Shown piece after piece: positions 27,353-36,277 of a stretch of DNA of 64,000 nucleotides. Position 1 is the first letter of the stretch; the number at the start of each line of letters is the position of its first letter. The notes beneath the pieces were generated by a model. That model saw only the letters and a list, made by a program, of their open reading frames with translations, was not told the origin of the DNA and did not search any database. This DNA comes from Bacteroidales bacterium UBA1184. Its GTDB lineage: Bacteria; Bacteroidota; Bacteroidia; Bacteroidales; ML635J-15. The DNA lies in the NCBI GenBank assembly GCA_002310235.1, contig DBYO01000035.1, positions 418-64,417 on the forward strand, written 5' to 3'. The position numbers and the translations under genes were made by a program.

Positions 27353-28398
27353 TTCAATAATTCATTAATCGTACAAAGGTAATCGTATTTCCACACAGAA
27401 TCGTATGATATGTTAGAAAAATTTACCTGCGGCAAATCTCCTTGAGCAAGTGTTACGAACCCGAACTTCTCACAGAACCGCTCTGCCAGATATTCCTGCT
27501 CGGGTTGACGCGGTGTAGGCACAAGCACAGCTCGCCGACCAAGAGCAGCAAGATCGCACAACGTACTATAACCGCTACGGCAAAAAATGCATCGAGCCGA
27601 TACTATAAGCGATGCTATCCTATCATCAGACGGATTGTTTTCACAAGAAATGTTTGACGGCAGCGATAGTTCAGTTTCTCCAACCACACCTCTTATTATC
27701 TGCAACCGCGAAGTAGGCATTGCCGAATATTTCTTGACGAAAACTCTTTCGAGCAAAGTGCGCTGGGGCTCAATACCAGACAATAACAACAGGTCGAAAT
27801 TGCCGTCTATTTTCTGCGGCATTTTTCCCAAAAAACGAGAAAGAGGCCCCAAATGTCCAACTTCCATTTCAGTTTTCGACAAGATTCCCGACAGTGACAA
27901 CTCGCCTTCGGCATCAGGCACAAAACAACACCTATATTTATTTATATAGCGAAAATGCAAACGCCTCATCATTCGTGCTGGCAATCGATTCAAAAAGCCA
28001 TTGTCGAAATTGAGCTGGTGTGTCATATAGAACGAAGGTACAGAATCGGAGTATAAACCCAATCTGTTGTCAGAAAAAACATAATCAACTGAATGTTTGG
28101 CAATTATCTTTTCCAATGCTTTATGTTCTTTACGAATATTCAATGCAAAGCGAAACATAGAGAACATAAAAGGAAGAGAAATCATCCCCCGTCGGCCGTA
28201 ATTCATTCTTGCCGATGGCAATTCCACAGAAACCAACTCGGGAAAGCGAGCAATCATATAGGCAAGCGAATCTCCACTGCCGCCAATTATCACTTCGAAA
28301 CCATGTTCTACAAGGAATTGCACAAGAGGCACACACCGCGAGGCATGACCTAGCCCCCAATCGAGAGGCGCTACAAGTATCTTCGATCCTGCTTTCAA
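27349..28398 (-). CDS. GT-B glycosyltransferase (MurG/GT28-like family)
   Basis: The 349-aa ORF has the N-terminus ILVAPLDWGLGHASRCVPLV and the C-terminus CRSGYSTLCDLAALGRRAVLVPTPRQPEQ. It overlaps the next gene by 4 nt. Confidence 0.75.
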   Translation of the reverse strand: MKAGSKILVAPLDWGLGHASRCVPLVQFLVEHGFEVIIGGSGDSLAYMIARFPELVSVELPSARMNYGRRGMISLPFMFSMFRFALNIRKEHKALEKIIAKHSVDYVFSDNRLGLYSDSVPSFYMTHQLNFDNGFLNRLPARMMRRLHFRYINKYRCCFVPDAEGELSLSGILSKTEMEVGHLGPLSRFLGKMPQKIDGNFDLLLLSGIEPQRTLLERVFVKKYSAMPTSRLQIIRGVVGETELSLPSNISCENNPSDDRIASLIVSARCIFCRSGYSTLCDLAALGRRAVLVPTPRQPEQEYLAERFCEKFGFVTLAQGDLPQVNFSNISYDSVWKYDYLCTINELLK

Positions 28399-28399
28399 A

Positions 28400-29164
28400 T
28401 TACGGAGTTACAAGTACTTGAAAACCTAAATTTCTAATACTCTCGCCAATTTTTTCGAGTTCTTCTGGCGCTACCTTCTGCAATCCAGAAAGCGGAGTTT
28501 CGCGTGCAATTGAGTACACCATAACCATCGAAGGATTAAGACGTTGGAGCGTATCATAATACAATCCAAGGGATTGGGCTGTAGTATTATCGAAAAACTT
28601 GCCATTTATGTTGCCTCGCATGAACATTGTCTGTATAATCGGATGCTCAAAATTGCGTGAAATATCATCAACAATGGCAACAATAGAAAGTTTTGTGGTT
28701 GGCTGGTTAATCAATTCAAAATCAGGCTGCACGAAAGTATCGATCTTCAGAATCGGTTCATCAATCATCTTGAGGGCAGCCACAACCTTTTCGTTTTTCA
28801 AGTTTGATGCATTTGTAAGAACCGAAATCTTAACATTGGACATGTATTTGTCACGCAAACGAACAGTTTCGGCAACAATTTCGGGAAAGTCGGGATTAAT
28901 TGTCGGTTCACCATTACCTGCAAAAGTAATAACATCAAGTGGTTGTGTATTTTCGGAGAAATACTTTTCCATTGCTGGGACAATATCGCCAAGCCTCGGA
29001 AGTTCAATCTTCACCCCCTTGCTGTTCCAACCGCACTCGCAATATACGCAATTGAAAGTACAAAATTTTGCATTTGTAGGCAACAGGTTCACCCCCAACG
29101 AATTGCCTAATCTTCTGGACTTTACCGGACCAAATATAATATTATCGAAAAGAAATGTAGCCAT
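28400..29164 (-). CDS. Radical SAM protein
   Basis: It has the CX3CX2C motif CTFNCVYC and the sequence GPVKSRRLGNSLGVNLLP. The track start at 29224 abuts the tRNA-Lys terminator, so I prefer Met21 (MATFLFDN...). Confidence 0.8.
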   Translation of the reverse strand: MATFLFDNIIFGPVKSRRLGNSLGVNLLPTNAKFCTFNCVYCECGWNSKGVKIELPRLGDIVPAMEKYFSENTQPLDVITFAGNGEPTINPDFPEIVAETVRLRDKYMSNVKISVLTNASNLKNEKVVAALKMIDEPILKIDTFVQPDFELINQPTTKLSIVAIVDDISRNFEHPIIQTMFMRGNINGKFFDNTTAQSLGLYYDTLQRLNPSMVMVYSIARETPLSGLQKVAPEELEKIGESIRNLGFQVLVTP

Positions 29165-29222
29165 AACTAATCTAAATTTGACACAAAGATAATCAGATTT
29201 TAAACATTGAGGGACATATAAC

Positions 29223-29248
29223 AAAAAATCCCGCTGTTGCGGGATTTT
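29223..29248 (-). terminator. Rho-independent terminator after tRNA-Lys
   Basis: The minus strand reads aaaatcccgc-aaca-gcgggat followed by tttttt. Confidence 0.8.
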
Positions 29249-29249
29249 G

Positions 29250-29322
29250 TCGGTCCGGAGGGGATCGAACCCTCGACACCCTGATTAAGAGTCAGGTGCT
29301 CTACCAACTGAGCTACGGACCG
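29250..29322 (-). tRNA. tRNA-Lys (anticodon CTT)
   Basis: The reverse complement is CGGTCCGTAGCTCAGTTGGTAGAGCACCTGACTCTTAATCAGGGTGTCGAGGGTTCGATCCCCTCCGGACCGA. The anticodon loop is CTCTTAA. Confidence 0.92.
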
Positions 29323-29342
29323 CTTAGCTGATTTTGCGAGTG

Positions 29343-29350
29343 CAAAGGTA
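29343..29350 (-). promoter_or_regulatory. -7 box (TAccTTTG) upstream of tRNA-Lys
   Basis: The reverse complement of caaaggta is tacctttg, which ends ~20 nt upstream of the tRNA 5' end. Confidence 0.45.
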
Positions 29351-29587
29351 ATGCTTTATTACAAACCCACAAAACTTTTTTTGAATATTTTTAGCATAGC
29401 AGGCAAATCTCTTGTTCACAATCACTTACATTTAACATTACTATTATTTCTTGTCGCAATAAAATATTCTAGAGATTAAAAAATAGATAATATGAGTATG
29501 TCGCAGACATAAATTTATATTTTTCCTAACATATTGGTATTGCACATTGGCAACATAAAACCGATATTTGCACCGCAATTATAGGAC

Positions 29588-29941
29588 ATGGAAAAGTTAC
29601 GGAAAATATTATGCGCATTGTTTTTGACATTGTTCATAGGAATGTTCCTTAGCAATACGATATTCCCTCATAGTCACATTATTAGAGGCATTACAATCGT
29701 ACATTCCCATCCGTACAACCCTTTCTCTTCCGAAAAACACCAACACAGCGACGATGAAATAAACCTCATCGCATATCTAGCAAATTGCCCTTTAATCGGA
29801 AACGAAACTCAAGACTTTCCGCAAATCTTTCTAACACCCACCCTCTTCGTTCCCAAGGCATACACCCAAAGCCTCCCAAGAAACGAAAAGCTATTGTTTT
29901 CACGTCCCCGCGACCCGCCATGCGAGACAATTCTCTCGTAA
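29588..29941 (+). CDS. Small membrane-anchored His-rich protein upstream of the TonB-dependent receptor (hypothetical)
   Basis: The 117-aa ORF has one N-terminal TM segment followed by PHSHIIRGITIVHSHPY...EKHQHSDDE. Confidence 0.55.
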   Translation: MEKLRKILCALFLTLFIGMFLSNTIFPHSHIIRGITIVHSHPYNPFSSEKHQHSDDEINLIAYLANCPLIGNETQDFPQIFLTPTLFVPKAYTQSLPRNEKLLFSRPRDPPCETILS

Positions 29942-29983
29942 AAAGCACAATAGAACAATAATATTCACACAAAAAAGCACAAA

Positions 29984-32269
29984 ATGAAAAAATATATATT
30001 GTTAGCAGTAATGCTAACTATAGGTATATGCCTTATGGCACAGACCGACAAAAAGACCGATGCAAACATTTTCGGCCATGTAGTTGACAAGCAGAGTGGC
30101 GAACACTTGCCATACATAAACATAATGGTGAAAGGCACAGCCATAGGGACGGCTACAGATGCTACAGGACATTTCCACCTCAACAACCTGCCAACAGGAA
30201 AACTTACCATTGTTGCACAAAGCATCGGCTATATGCCAGAGGAAAAAGTCGTTGATTTGGAAAAAGGAAAAATGGTTGAGCTTAACTTTGAAATAGAAGA
30301 AGATGCCATAATGCTCAACGACGTCGTGGTTTCGGCAAACAAGAACCAGACGAGCCGAACGGAAGCTCCAGTGGTTGTTGGCGTAATATCGCCAAAGACT
30401 TTTGAAAACACAAACTCGGTATGCCTTGCCGAAGGGCTTAACTTCCAACCCGGATTGAGACTGGAAACCAACTGTCAAAATTGCGGATTCCAACAGGTGC
30501 GCATAAACGGACTCGAAGGTTCTTATTCTCAGATACTTATCGATGGCAGGGCTGTAAGTAGCGCATTGTCACAAGTTTATGGTCTCGAGCAACTTCCTGT
30601 AAACATGATTGAAAAAGTGGAAGTTATCCGCGGTGGTGGCTCGGCAATTTTCGGTTCAAACGCTGTAGCAGGAACAATAAACATCCTTACACGCGAACCA
30701 CAGTTCAATAGTCTTTCGCTCGGTAACACCACCACGCTAATAGGAATGAAGAAAGCCGATGTAAACACCACACTCAATGCTTCGGTGGTTTCGAACGACA
30801 ACAAGGCTGGAATAACAATTTTCGCCGCTGCACGACAGCGCAGTCCTTTCGACTATGATGGTGACGGATTTACCGAAATTGGCAAGATAAATTCCAAGAA
30901 CATAGGCTTCCGTGGCTATTTGAAGACTGGAGATTATACAAAACTCACTGTCGAATACCACACCTTGGACGAATTCCGACGCGGAGGCAACAAACTTACG
31001 CAACCTGCCCACGAAGCCGACATTACCGAACAAACCGACCACAACATACATTGCGCTGGCGCAAAATACGATATCTTCTCTAAGAATAGCAAGCATTGGT
31101 TCCAATTATACACATCACTACAAAACATAAACCGAAGTAGTTACTATGGCACAGGGCAAGATCCTAACGCATACGGAAATACCAAAGATTTTGCATCGGT
31201 TAGCGGATTCCAGTACGTGTTCTACATGGACAAATTCCTATTCATGCCCGCAACATTGACATCTGGAATAGAATACAACTACAACTCACTTTATGACGAA
31301 TCGCTTGGATATAACAGAATTATCGAGCAAAAGATTAGCATATACAGTGCTTTTATACAAAACGAATGGAAGATAGCAAAGCTATCATTCCTCATCGGCG
31401 GACGTATCGACAAGCACAACATGATAAAGAACCCGATAATCAGTCCGCGCTGCAACATAAGGTATTCACCACTGAAATGGATGTCAATGCGAGCTGGCTA
31501 CGCAATGGGCTTCCGCGCTCCACAGGCATTCAACGAAGATCTGCACATTGCTGCTGTAGGAGGAGAAGTTTCTCTAATCAGCATTGACCCTGCATTAAGA
31601 CCCGAAAAGTCGCATTCTGCAAATGCATCCATAGATTTCAATACACAGTGGTCGCGGTCGGCAATCGATTTTCTAGTTGAAGGTTTTTACACCGTACTTA
31701 ACGATGTTTTTGTGCTTGAAGAAAACGGGCACGATGCCGATGGCAATATACTGCTAACCAGAACGAACGGAAGCGGAGCAACAGTTGCAGGAGCGAACTT
31801 CGAGCTCAAATACATACCGACAAAGAAAGTTGAGATACAAGCAGGATTCACCTACCAGCAAAGCCGCTACAAACAACCTGAGCAATGGAGCGAAACCGTT
31901 GTGGCACAAAGGCGCATGTTCCGCACACCCGACACCTACGGTTTCTTGACTACATATTATAGCCCTCTGAGAAACTTCGACATTGCACTTTCGGGAACAT
32001 ACACTGGAAAGATGCTAATCCAGCATTTCGCAGGCTACATAAACGAGGATGCCGAAACAATCAGCAAACCATTCTTCGACATGAACCTGAAACTTTCGTA
32101 CACCTTTAAAATAAAAGACGATGTAAACCTTGAAACAAGTCTCGGCATGAAAAACATTTTCAACAGCTACCAGAACGACTTCGACCAGGGCGAACTCCGA
32201 GATGCGGGATACATCTACGGACCGAGCTTGCCGAGAAGCATATATTTCGGAGTGAAAATTTCGCTGTAG
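29984..32269 (+). CDS. TonB-dependent receptor (carboxypeptidase-regulatory-like N-domain + plug + beta-barrel)
   Basis: The 761-aa ORF has GHVVDKQSGEHLPYINIMVKGT..ATDATGHFHL and the plug sequence IEKVEVIRGGGSAIFGSNAVAGTINI. Its terminal residues are YFGVKISL, with an aromatic residue near the C-terminus. Confidence 0.9.
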   Translation: MKKYILLAVMLTIGICLMAQTDKKTDANIFGHVVDKQSGEHLPYINIMVKGTAIGTATDATGHFHLNNLPTGKLTIVAQSIGYMPEEKVVDLEKGKMVELNFEIEEDAIMLNDVVVSANKNQTSRTEAPVVVGVISPKTFENTNSVCLAEGLNFQPGLRLETNCQNCGFQQVRINGLEGSYSQILIDGRAVSSALSQVYGLEQLPVNMIEKVEVIRGGGSAIFGSNAVAGTINILTREPQFNSLSLGNTTTLIGMKKADVNTTLNASVVSNDNKAGITIFAAARQRSPFDYDGDGFTEIGKINSKNIGFRGYLKTGDYTKLTVEYHTLDEFRRGGNKLTQPAHEADITEQTDHNIHCAGAKYDIFSKNSKHWFQLYTSLQNINRSSYYGTGQDPNAYGNTKDFASVSGFQYVFYMDKFLFMPATLTSGIEYNYNSLYDESLGYNRIIEQKISIYSAFIQNEWKIAKLSFLIGGRIDKHNMIKNPIISPRCNIRYSPLKWMSMRAGYAMGFRAPQAFNEDLHIAAVGGEVSLISIDPALRPEKSHSANASIDFNTQWSRSAIDFLVEGFYTVLNDVFVLEENGHDADGNILLTRTNGSGATVAGANFELKYIPTKKVEIQAGFTYQQSRYKQPEQWSETVVAQRRMFRTPDTYGFLTTYYSPLRNFDIALSGTYTGKMLIQHFAGYINEDAETISKPFFDMNLKLSYTFKIKDDVNLETSLGMKNIFNSYQNDFDQGELRDAGYIYGPSLPRSIYFGVKISL

Positions 32270-32287
32270 GCATTATAATTCAATAAT

Positions 32288-32320
32288 TTGTAGGGGCACA
32301 ATGTTTTGTGCCCCTACAAA
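32288..32320 (+). terminator. Hairpin terminator after the TonB-dependent receptor gene
   Basis: tttgtaggggcacaa-tgt-ttgtgcccctacaaa has a 15-bp stem. The trailing T-run is weak. Confidence 0.6.
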
Positions 32321-32349
32321 TTATATATCGCCACAAAAAATACCAACAA

Positions 32350-32380
32350 ATAGCGATTGCACGCCTTGTGTAATCGCTAT
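32350..32380 (+). promoter_or_regulatory. Inverted repeat ATAGCGATT-N13-AATCGCTAT abutting the feoAB -7 box (candidate operator, or second hairpin terminator)
   Basis: The arms are perfect over 9 bp. They extend to 13 bp with one mismatch, leaving a 5-nt loop. Confidence 0.5.
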
Positions 32381-32387
32381 ACTTTTG
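32380..32387 (+). promoter_or_regulatory. -7 box (TActTTTG) upstream of feoAB
   Basis: tacttttg ends 20 nt upstream of the ATG at 32408. Confidence 0.5.
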
Positions 32388-32407
32388 CAGCGTAAATTGG
32401 AATTGTA

Positions 32408-34810
32408 ATGAAACTATCGGAACTGCACAATGGAGAATCGGCCGTAATCGTCAAGGTTTCGGGACACGGCGGATTCAGGAAAAGGATAATGGAGATGGGA
32501 TTTGTGCGCGGTCGCAAGGTGACATCAGTAATAGATGCGCCGCTTAACGACCCGATAAAATACACCATAATGGGCTACGACGTGCTGTTGCGCCGCAGCG
32601 AAGCCCAACTCATCGAGGTACTTCCCGAGGAAGAAGCCAATGCAATGCTTACTGTCGAAGATGCACAAGCGCCTAACTTCTTCGCCTGCACCGACTGCGA
32701 CTCATGCGGTCTGACCTGCGGAGCAAGACGCAGCAAAACCACACAGCGCAACATCATAAACATAGCCTTCGTAGGCAACCCAAACAGCGGAAAAACTTCG
32801 CTGTTCAACGCACTGTCGGGCGGACACGAACACGTCGGAAACTACAGCGGTGTCACCGTGGATGTAAAAACTGGGCACTTCAACTACAAAGGCTACCATT
32901 TCAATATTACCGACCTGCCGGGAACATACTCTCTGTCGGCTTATTCTCCTGAAGAATTGTTTGTCCGCCGCAACCTGCTCGAATCGATGCCCGATGTGAT
33001 TGTAAATGTGGTTGTTGCCTCCAACCTCGAACGCAACCTCTACCTCACGACCGAACTTATCGACTTGAGCCAGCGCGTAATAGTTGCACTAAACATGTAC
33101 GATGAGCTTGAAGCCACAGGAGCAAAACTCGACTACCAGAACCTCGGCTCTATGATAGGTATCCCGATGGTACCGACTGTCGCAAAGACAGGCAAAGGTC
33201 TCGACAAACTGCTCGACACTATTATTGACATGTTCGAAGGAGACAACAAATCGGCAAGACACATCCACATAAATTATGGTTCGATATTGGAACCTGAGAT
33301 CTCTAAACTTGCTGATATTCTTCACAAAACCGAAGATTTTCCACAGCAGTTTCCCGCAAGATACTGGGCTATAAAGATGATGGAAGGCGACAAAGAAGTC
33401 GCAACTCTGCTGCAAAACAGCAAGTCGTACGACAAACTTGAAAAACAAGCCGCAATATCCTCTGAAGAAGTAAAAAAACAGCTTGACATTGATGCAGAAA
33501 CCGCCATCAGTGATGCTAAGTACGGGTTTATCTCGGGCGCACTGCACGAAACCTTTACCGAAGGCAAAAAGGAAGCCAACAAACGCACACGCAAACTCGA
33601 CAAGCTGATTGTAAACAAATGGCTCGGTTTTCCACTGTTTATCCTGCTAATGTGGCTAATGTTCAGCGTTACCTTCTGGCTTGGCGCATATCCGCAAGAT
33701 TGGATTGCAGCTGGCTTCGATGCATTAGGCAACCTTTTCAGCGGAATTATCCCAGAAGGTGCATGGCGCTCGCTAGTCGTTGACGGAATAATAGGTGGCG
33801 TGGGCGCTGTTGCCGAATTCCTACCAAACATAATATTGCTCTATATGTTCATCTCGCTGATGGAAGACTCAGGCTACATGTCGCGAGCCGCCTTCCTCAT
33901 GGACAAGATGATGCACGGAATGGGACTTCACGGCAAGTCGTTCATTCCTATGATTATGGGATTCGGTTGCAACGTTCCGGCAATAATGGCAACACGCTCT
34001 ATCGAAAGCAAAAGCAGCCGTCTGATAACCATACTTGTAGTACCTTTCATGTCGTGCAGCGCACGTCTGCCGATATACCTGCTTCTGGCAGGAGCATTCT
34101 TCCCCAAATATGCAGCAACGGTAATGATTTGCCTCTATCTGCTTGGAATAATCGTGGCGGTGCTCACGGCAAAACTTCTGCGACTGACAGCCTTCAAGCA
34201 AGACGAAACCCCGTTTGTAATGGAGCTTCCGCCCTACCGCTGGCCAACTATGCGAGCAACCTTGAAGCACATCTGGGAAAAATGCTACCAATACATAAAG
34301 AAAATTGGAACAGTAATCCTACTTGCCTCGGTAATAATCTGGGTATTAAGCTACTATCCGCATACCGACATTTCAGAAACTGAACTTGCAAAAACCGAAG
34401 GAATTACGGAAGCCGAAGCCAACGAAATACAATACGAGAACTCCAGTCTCGGCATGATAGGCAAGTTCGTTGCTCCAGTTATGTCGCCAATGGGCTTCGA
34501 CTGGAAGATAAGCGTAGCCGTTCTGTCGAGCATTCCTGCAAAGGAAATCGTTGTAAGTACCCTTGGTGTTCTATATGCCAGCGAAGAAGACGACCTTGGT
34601 GAAGCCCTGCAAAAATCCGGTGACCTGAACACTGCTTCAGCACTGGCACTGATGGTGTTCATGCTGCTATTCTTCCCATGCATAGCCACTATTGGAGCTG
34701 TAGCTAGCGAAACCAAGAAGGTAAAGTGGGCTTTGTTCTCAGTATTTTACAACACGGCCGTTGCATGGATTGCGGCATACGTCACATATCTTATTGCAAG
34801 CCTATTCTAA
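32408..34810 (+). CDS. feoB: Ferrous iron transporter, FeoA-FeoB fusion
   Basis: The ORF is 800 aa. Its N-terminal FeoA-like SH3 region reads LSELHNGESAVIVKV.. and is followed by the G-domain sequence IAFVGNPNSGKTSLFNALSG, DLPGTYSL and a polytopic gate domain. Confidence 0.93.
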   Translation: MKLSELHNGESAVIVKVSGHGGFRKRIMEMGFVRGRKVTSVIDAPLNDPIKYTIMGYDVLLRRSEAQLIEVLPEEEANAMLTVEDAQAPNFFACTDCDSCGLTCGARRSKTTQRNIINIAFVGNPNSGKTSLFNALSGGHEHVGNYSGVTVDVKTGHFNYKGYHFNITDLPGTYSLSAYSPEELFVRRNLLESMPDVIVNVVVASNLERNLYLTTELIDLSQRVIVALNMYDELEATGAKLDYQNLGSMIGIPMVPTVAKTGKGLDKLLDTIIDMFEGDNKSARHIHINYGSILEPEISKLADILHKTEDFPQQFPARYWAIKMMEGDKEVATLLQNSKSYDKLEKQAAISSEEVKKQLDIDAETAISDAKYGFISGALHETFTEGKKEANKRTRKLDKLIVNKWLGFPLFILLMWLMFSVTFWLGAYPQDWIAAGFDALGNLFSGIIPEGAWRSLVVDGIIGGVGAVAEFLPNIILLYMFISLMEDSGYMSRAAFLMDKMMHGMGLHGKSFIPMIMGFGCNVPAIMATRSIESKSSRLITILVVPFMSCSARLPIYLLLAGAFFPKYAATVMICLYLLGIIVAVLTAKLLRLTAFKQDETPFVMELPPYRWPTMRATLKHIWEKCYQYIKKIGTVILLASVIIWVLSYYPHTDISETELAKTEGITEAEANEIQYENSSLGMIGKFVAPVMSPMGFDWKISVAVLSSIPAKEIVVSTLGVLYASEEDDLGEALQKSGDLNTASALALMVFMLLFFPCIATIGAVASETKKVKWALFSVFYNTAVAWIAAYVTYLIASLF

Positions 34811-34839
34811 TGTTCACTGATTTAATAGCCATAAACGCT

Positions 34840-34875
34840 AATTCGGACAGTGCAAAAACTGTCCGAATTATTTTT
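34840..34875 (+). terminator. Rho-independent terminator after feoAB
   Basis: The sequence is aattcggacag-tgcaaaaa-ctgtccgaatt followed by attttt. Confidence 0.8.
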
Positions 34876-34899
34876 ACAACCCGCCACGAGAATATTAAC

Positions 34900-34907
34900 T
34901 ATATTTG
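34900..34907 (+). promoter_or_regulatory. -7 box (TAtaTTTG) upstream of the hemerythrin-like gene
   Basis: tatatttg overlaps the track's ATG at 34905, which argues for the ATG at 34935 as the real start. Confidence 0.45.
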
Positions 34908-34934
34908 CAAACAGATTTACAAAAACAAAAGAAA

Positions 34935-35624
34935 ATGAACGACAATGCACCCATTTTCTCGGCGCGGACAAAAATGTCGGAAATAATAACCGACAGTTCG
35001 CTGCTCTCAATCATCGAAAGGCTCAACATAAAACTGGGCTTCGGAGAGGCAAGCATCGACGAAATATGTCACCGTCACGGGCTATCTACCGAACTTTTCC
35101 TAATGATATGCAAAGTTTACTCGCTCGAAAATTTCAAACCGGAGATTGCCCACCTTACCCGTGACGACATTCCAAAACTCATAGGCTATTTGCAACGCAC
35201 TCACCAGTACTGGACAGAAAGCTTCTTCCCCAACTTGCATTCTAATATCCACACAATGCTAGAATCGTGCGATGAGACAAGCAAAAAGATGCTCAACAAG
35301 TTCTACGACGACTACGACGAAGAAATACAAAAGCACCTTGATTACGAAGAAAATACAGTTTTCCCTTACATATTGTCACTGGTTAATGCAGAACAAAAAA
35401 AGACCTGCGAGTTTCGGATAAGGAACTTCGAGGAAAACCACAGCAACATTGAGGAAAAACTTCACGATCTGAAAAACATTGTCATAAAATACCTTCCCGA
35501 CAGTGCTCCTCAACAGTCACGTATAAACGTGCTCAACGAAATATTCAAGATTGAGAACGACCTCTGTAAACATTCGGTCATCGAAAACAAGATTCTGATT
35601 CCGCTTGTGTCAAAATACGAATAA
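34935..35624 (+). CDS. Hemerythrin/RIC(ScdA)-like di-iron domain protein
   Basis: The protein is 229 aa counted from MNDNAPIF. Spaced H/E motifs are present: THQYWTESFFPNLHSNIH, HLDYEENTVFPYI, EENHSNIEEKLHDL and HSVIENKILIPL. The family call is tentative. Confidence 0.55.
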   Translation: MNDNAPIFSARTKMSEIITDSSLLSIIERLNIKLGFGEASIDEICHRHGLSTELFLMICKVYSLENFKPEIAHLTRDDIPKLIGYLQRTHQYWTESFFPNLHSNIHTMLESCDETSKKMLNKFYDDYDEEIQKHLDYEENTVFPYILSLVNAEQKKTCEFRIRNFEENHSNIEEKLHDLKNIVIKYLPDSAPQQSRINVLNEIFKIENDLCKHSVIENKILIPLVSKYE

Positions 35625-35625
35625 A

Positions 35626-36219
35626 ATGAGCAATAAAAAATATAGGGTAACAATAATAGAACCGTCGGAAATAGTTTCGGCAGGCTTGAAATATCTCATC
35701 GAATATGCCGGCACATTCCAAGTGACAAAGATTTTTCATAACCTGCAAGAATTCAACGAACTGCCAAGCGGCAACCCAAACATTATTATAGTAAACCCAT
35801 CGGTCCTAAGTGCATTGGGAGGAGAAAACACAAAATCTCTTTCTACAAAAGACGACACAACCATCATAGCAATCAACTATGGAGCTTACGATGAAGAAAA
35901 CTTGCGCAATTACGACGGGTGCATAGGAATATTCAACACCAAGGAACAAGTAGAAAAGAAATTGCAAGCAGCTCTAAAGATTTCATCAGACAAAGAACAA
36001 GACGAAAACAGCAACGAACTTTCGCTTCGTGAACGAGAAATACTAACAGCAGTTGCCAAAGGCAAAACCAATAAGGAAATAGCCGATGAATTCAATTTGT
36101 CGATTCATACGGTAATTTCGCACCGAAAAAACATTTCCCACAAACTAGGCATCAACAGTATTGCCGGTCTGACAATATATGCGGTAATGAACAAACTTCT
36201 TGATGTAGAGGATTTTTAG
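35626..36219 (+). CDS. LuxR/GerE-type transcription factor with a degenerate (pseudo-)receiver domain
   Basis: The start MSNKKYRV follows the upstream stop directly. The C-terminus reads LSLREREILTAVAKGKTNKEIADEFNLSIHTVISHRKNISHKLG. The N-terminal domain has EPSE where the acidic pair is expected, and NIIIVNPS where the phospho-acceptor Asp is expected. Confidence 0.8.
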   Translation: MSNKKYRVTIIEPSEIVSAGLKYLIEYAGTFQVTKIFHNLQEFNELPSGNPNIIIVNPSVLSALGGENTKSLSTKDDTTIIAINYGAYDEENLRNYDGCIGIFNTKEQVEKKLQAALKISSDKEQDENSNELSLREREILTAVAKGKTNKEIADEFNLSIHTVISHRKNISHKLGINSIAGLTIYAVMNKLLDVEDF

Positions 36220-36277
36220 CCACCCAAATTATCAAATCGCCCAATCCCTCTAATATCGCATATTGAAGACAATAAAG

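Noticed and set aside
29165-29224. N-terminal extension of the radical SAM ORF
   Set aside because: It would place the start codon against the tRNA-Lys terminator with no room for a promoter. Conserved sequence begins at Met21.
34905-34934. Upstream ATG of the hemerythrin-like ORF
   Set aside because: It overlaps the TAtaTTTG -7 box, so it would lie upstream of the likely transcription start.
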